NCBI GenBank assembly: GCA_965223155.1
Contig: CBDCVR010000013.1
Coordinates: 736,001-800,000 of the forward strand
DNA: 64,000 nucleotides
Reading direction: 5' to 3'
DNA from: Candidatus Multivoradales bacterium
Lineage (GTDB): Bacteria > Acidobacteriota > Thermoanaerobaculia > Multivoradales > JAHEKO01
The notes under the pieces were generated by a model. It was not told the DNA's origin, made no database searches, and saw only the letters and a list, made by a program, of their open reading frames with translations. Below are positions 62,294 through 64,000 of the stretch, piece by piece. Both the position numbers and the translations under genes were made by a program. Numbering within the stretch: position 1 is the first letter of the stretch; each line of letters opens with the position of its first letter.

Positions 62294-64000
62294 GTGACTC
62301 GTCCCTCCGCAGGAAGGCCGCCGAGCCCGTACGTGGGCGAAGCCTCGTCGGCCGCGCCCGCGCCCACGGTTCTCTTCGTCGAGGACGATGAGAACCTGCG
62401 CCTCCTGGGACGCCGGCGGCTCGAAGCCATCGGTCTGAACGTGGTCGAAGCCGGCGATGCCGCCGGCGCTCTGGAGCTCTACATCCAGCAGCCACCGGCG
62501 CTCGTCCTCCTGGATGTGGGCCTGCCTGATCGCAGCGGCCTCGAGGTCTGCGGCACGATCCGCGCAATGCCCGATGGCGAGGAGATCCCGATCCTGATGC
62601 TGACTGGTCTCGGCGATTCGGAGACGATCGCCGAGGCCTACCAAGCCGGAGCCACCGATTTCGCGGTCAAGCCGGCCAACTGGACCGTGCTGGCGAATCG
62701 CATTCAGTACATGGTCAGCGCCGGACTGGACCGGCAGCGCTTGCTGGCGAGCCGGAGCAAGCTTGCCAAGACCGAGCGCATCGCGCACCTGGGCACCTGG
62801 GAGCTCGAGTTGGGCCGGCGCAGGTTGAGCTGGTCGGCTGAGACCGGCCGCATCCTGGGCCTTCCCGAAAGCGGCACCGCCGCGCTCGAAGAGCTCATCG
62901 AGCGCGTCCATCCCTTGGATCGCGCCCGCGTGACCGAAGCCTTCGACACCGCCGTCACAGGGCAGACCGAGATCGACGTGGATCACCGCCTCCTGTGCAG
63001 CGACGGCAGCATCCGCATGGTCCACCACCGCGCCGAGATACGCCGTGACCAGGGCGGCCGGGCAGTCGCCATCCACGGCGTCACCCGCGACGTGACCGAC
63101 CGGCGGCGGACCGAGGAACGGGTCAAGCAGCTGGCCAACTACGATCTCTTGACCGGCCTGCCCAACCGGCACATGTTCCTGGAGCTGCTGCGCAGTACCC
63201 TGGCCCGGGGCGAGCGGAACGACTCGCTCTCGGCCGTCGTCTACCTCGACCTGGATCGGTTCAAGACCATCAACGACACGCTCGGCCCGGAGGCCGGTGA
63301 TGAGCTCTTGACCAGCGTCGCCGACCGGTTGCGAGTCTCGCTGCGCCGCAGCGACTACATCGTGCGCGAGCCGGGACCGACGGTGGCACGCTGGGGCGGC
63401 GACAAGTTCCTGATCCTGGTGAGCGACCTGGAAAGCGTGCGCGGCGCCGCGCGCGCCACCCAGCGGCTGCTGAATCAACTGTCGATACCGTTTACCCTGC
63501 GCGGTGAAGAGACGTTCCTGACCGCCAGCGCCGGCATCGCCGTCCACCCACCGGACGCCCAGAGCGCCTTCGACCTGCTCCAGCACGCCGAGTCCGCTAT
63601 GTACCACGCCAAGGAAGCGGGCAGGAACCGTTTCCAGTTCTACAGCGAGTGGATGAACTCGACTTCGACTCGCAAGATGGAGATCGAGCGGCACCTGCAT
63701 CGGGCCGTCGAGCTAAACGAGCTGAGCCTGGCCTTCCAGCCTCTGCTGTCCTGCGCCGATCTAGAGGTCGTGGGCGCCGAAGCCCTGGTCCGCTGGACCA
63801 ACGCCAAGCTAGGGCTGGTGCCGCCCGACGAGTTCATCCCCATCGCCGAGGAAATCGGCGTGATCGAGGAGATCGGAGAGTGGGTCCTGCGGACCGCCTG
63901 CGCTAGAGCCGTGAGCTGGGCCGGACTGACCGGTTTCCCCGAACGGCTGGCGGTCAACGTCTCCACTCATCAGCTCCGGGAGCGCAACTTTGTCGGCTTG
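62294..64000 (+). CDS. REC-PAS-GGDEF-EAL c-di-GMP signalling protein; partial, runs off the right edge
   Basis: Not in the ORF track. GTG at 62294 (or 62333) reads VLFVEDDE...LLDVGLP (REC), HLGTWE...VHPLD (PAS), YDLLTGLPNR, DLDRFKTIND, RWGGDKF, then AFQP...AEALVRW (EAL). Confidence 0.9.
   Translation, partial: MTRPSAGRPPSPYVGEASSAAPAPTVLFVEDDENLRLLGRRRLEAIGLNVVEAGDAAGALELYIQQPPALVLLDVGLPDRSGLEVCGTIRAMPDGEEIPILMLTGLGDSETIAEAYQAGATDFAVKPANWTVLANRIQYMVSAGLDRQRLLASRSKLAKTERIAHLGTWELELGRRRLSWSAETGRILGLPESGTAALEELIERVHPLDRARVTEAFDTAVTGQTEIDVDHRLLCSDGSIRMVHHRAEIRRDQGGRAVAIHGVTRDVTDRRRTEERVKQLANYDLLTGLPNRHMFLELLRSTLARGERNDSLSAVVYLDLDRFKTINDTLGPEAGDELLTSVADRLRVSLRRSDYIVREPGPTVARWGGDKFLILVSDLESVRGAARATQRLLNQLSIPFTLRGEETFLTASAGIAVHPPDAQSAFDLLQHAESAMYHAKEAGRNRFQFYSEWMNSTSTRKMEIERHLHRAVELNELSLAFQPLLSCADLEVVGAEALVRWTNAKLGLVPPDEFIPIAEEIGVIEEIGEWVLRTACARAVSWAGLTGFPERLAVNVSTHQLRERNFVGL

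Overview
GC-rich (about 70% by eye) bacterial chromosomal window with roughly 40 densely packed CDSs. I saw no rRNA, tRNA, CRISPR array or mobile element. A VWFA-related 'acidobacterial' domain protein and the general gene content suggest Acidobacteriota (inference). In order, it contains: (1) a minus-strand operon tldD (Tat signal) / pmbA-like / DUF4159 / MoxR / DUF58 / BatA-like / large membrane protein that runs off the left edge; (2) an aldehyde dehydrogenase, efp, a hybrid sensor kinase, an FMN glutamate-synthase-like protein, moaA and a VWA protein; (3) a DUF3179 gene that the ORF track splits at an in-frame TGA and that looks like an exported selenoprotein with a candidate SECIS; (4) an NHEJ locus (ku, ligD) interleaved with a MerR-HTH/TPR protein and a degenerate J-domain/TPR protein; (5) an acyltransferase, a Rieske-TPP enzyme fusion, an Ig-like repeat surface protein, lon, an amino-acid symporter, a pterin cluster (SDR-folB-folK) and an S9 peptidase remnant; (6) a PilZ/NTF2-like protein, a class A PBP, tatD, fdhD, mobA, a response regulator, an M16 peptidase pair, a fused E1 alpha/beta and alr; (7) an RND efflux operon, a GGDEF-GAF-sigma54 activator with two HTHs, and a REC-PAS-GGDEF-EAL protein that runs off the right edge. 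At the DNA level, at least 11 genes have a TANNNT box 6-10 nt before the start codon (apparently leaderless), two operons share an ECF-like AAAC-N16/17-CGTA promoter, and there is one good sigma54 -24/-12 site. All domain calls come from motif recognition by eye; no searches were run.
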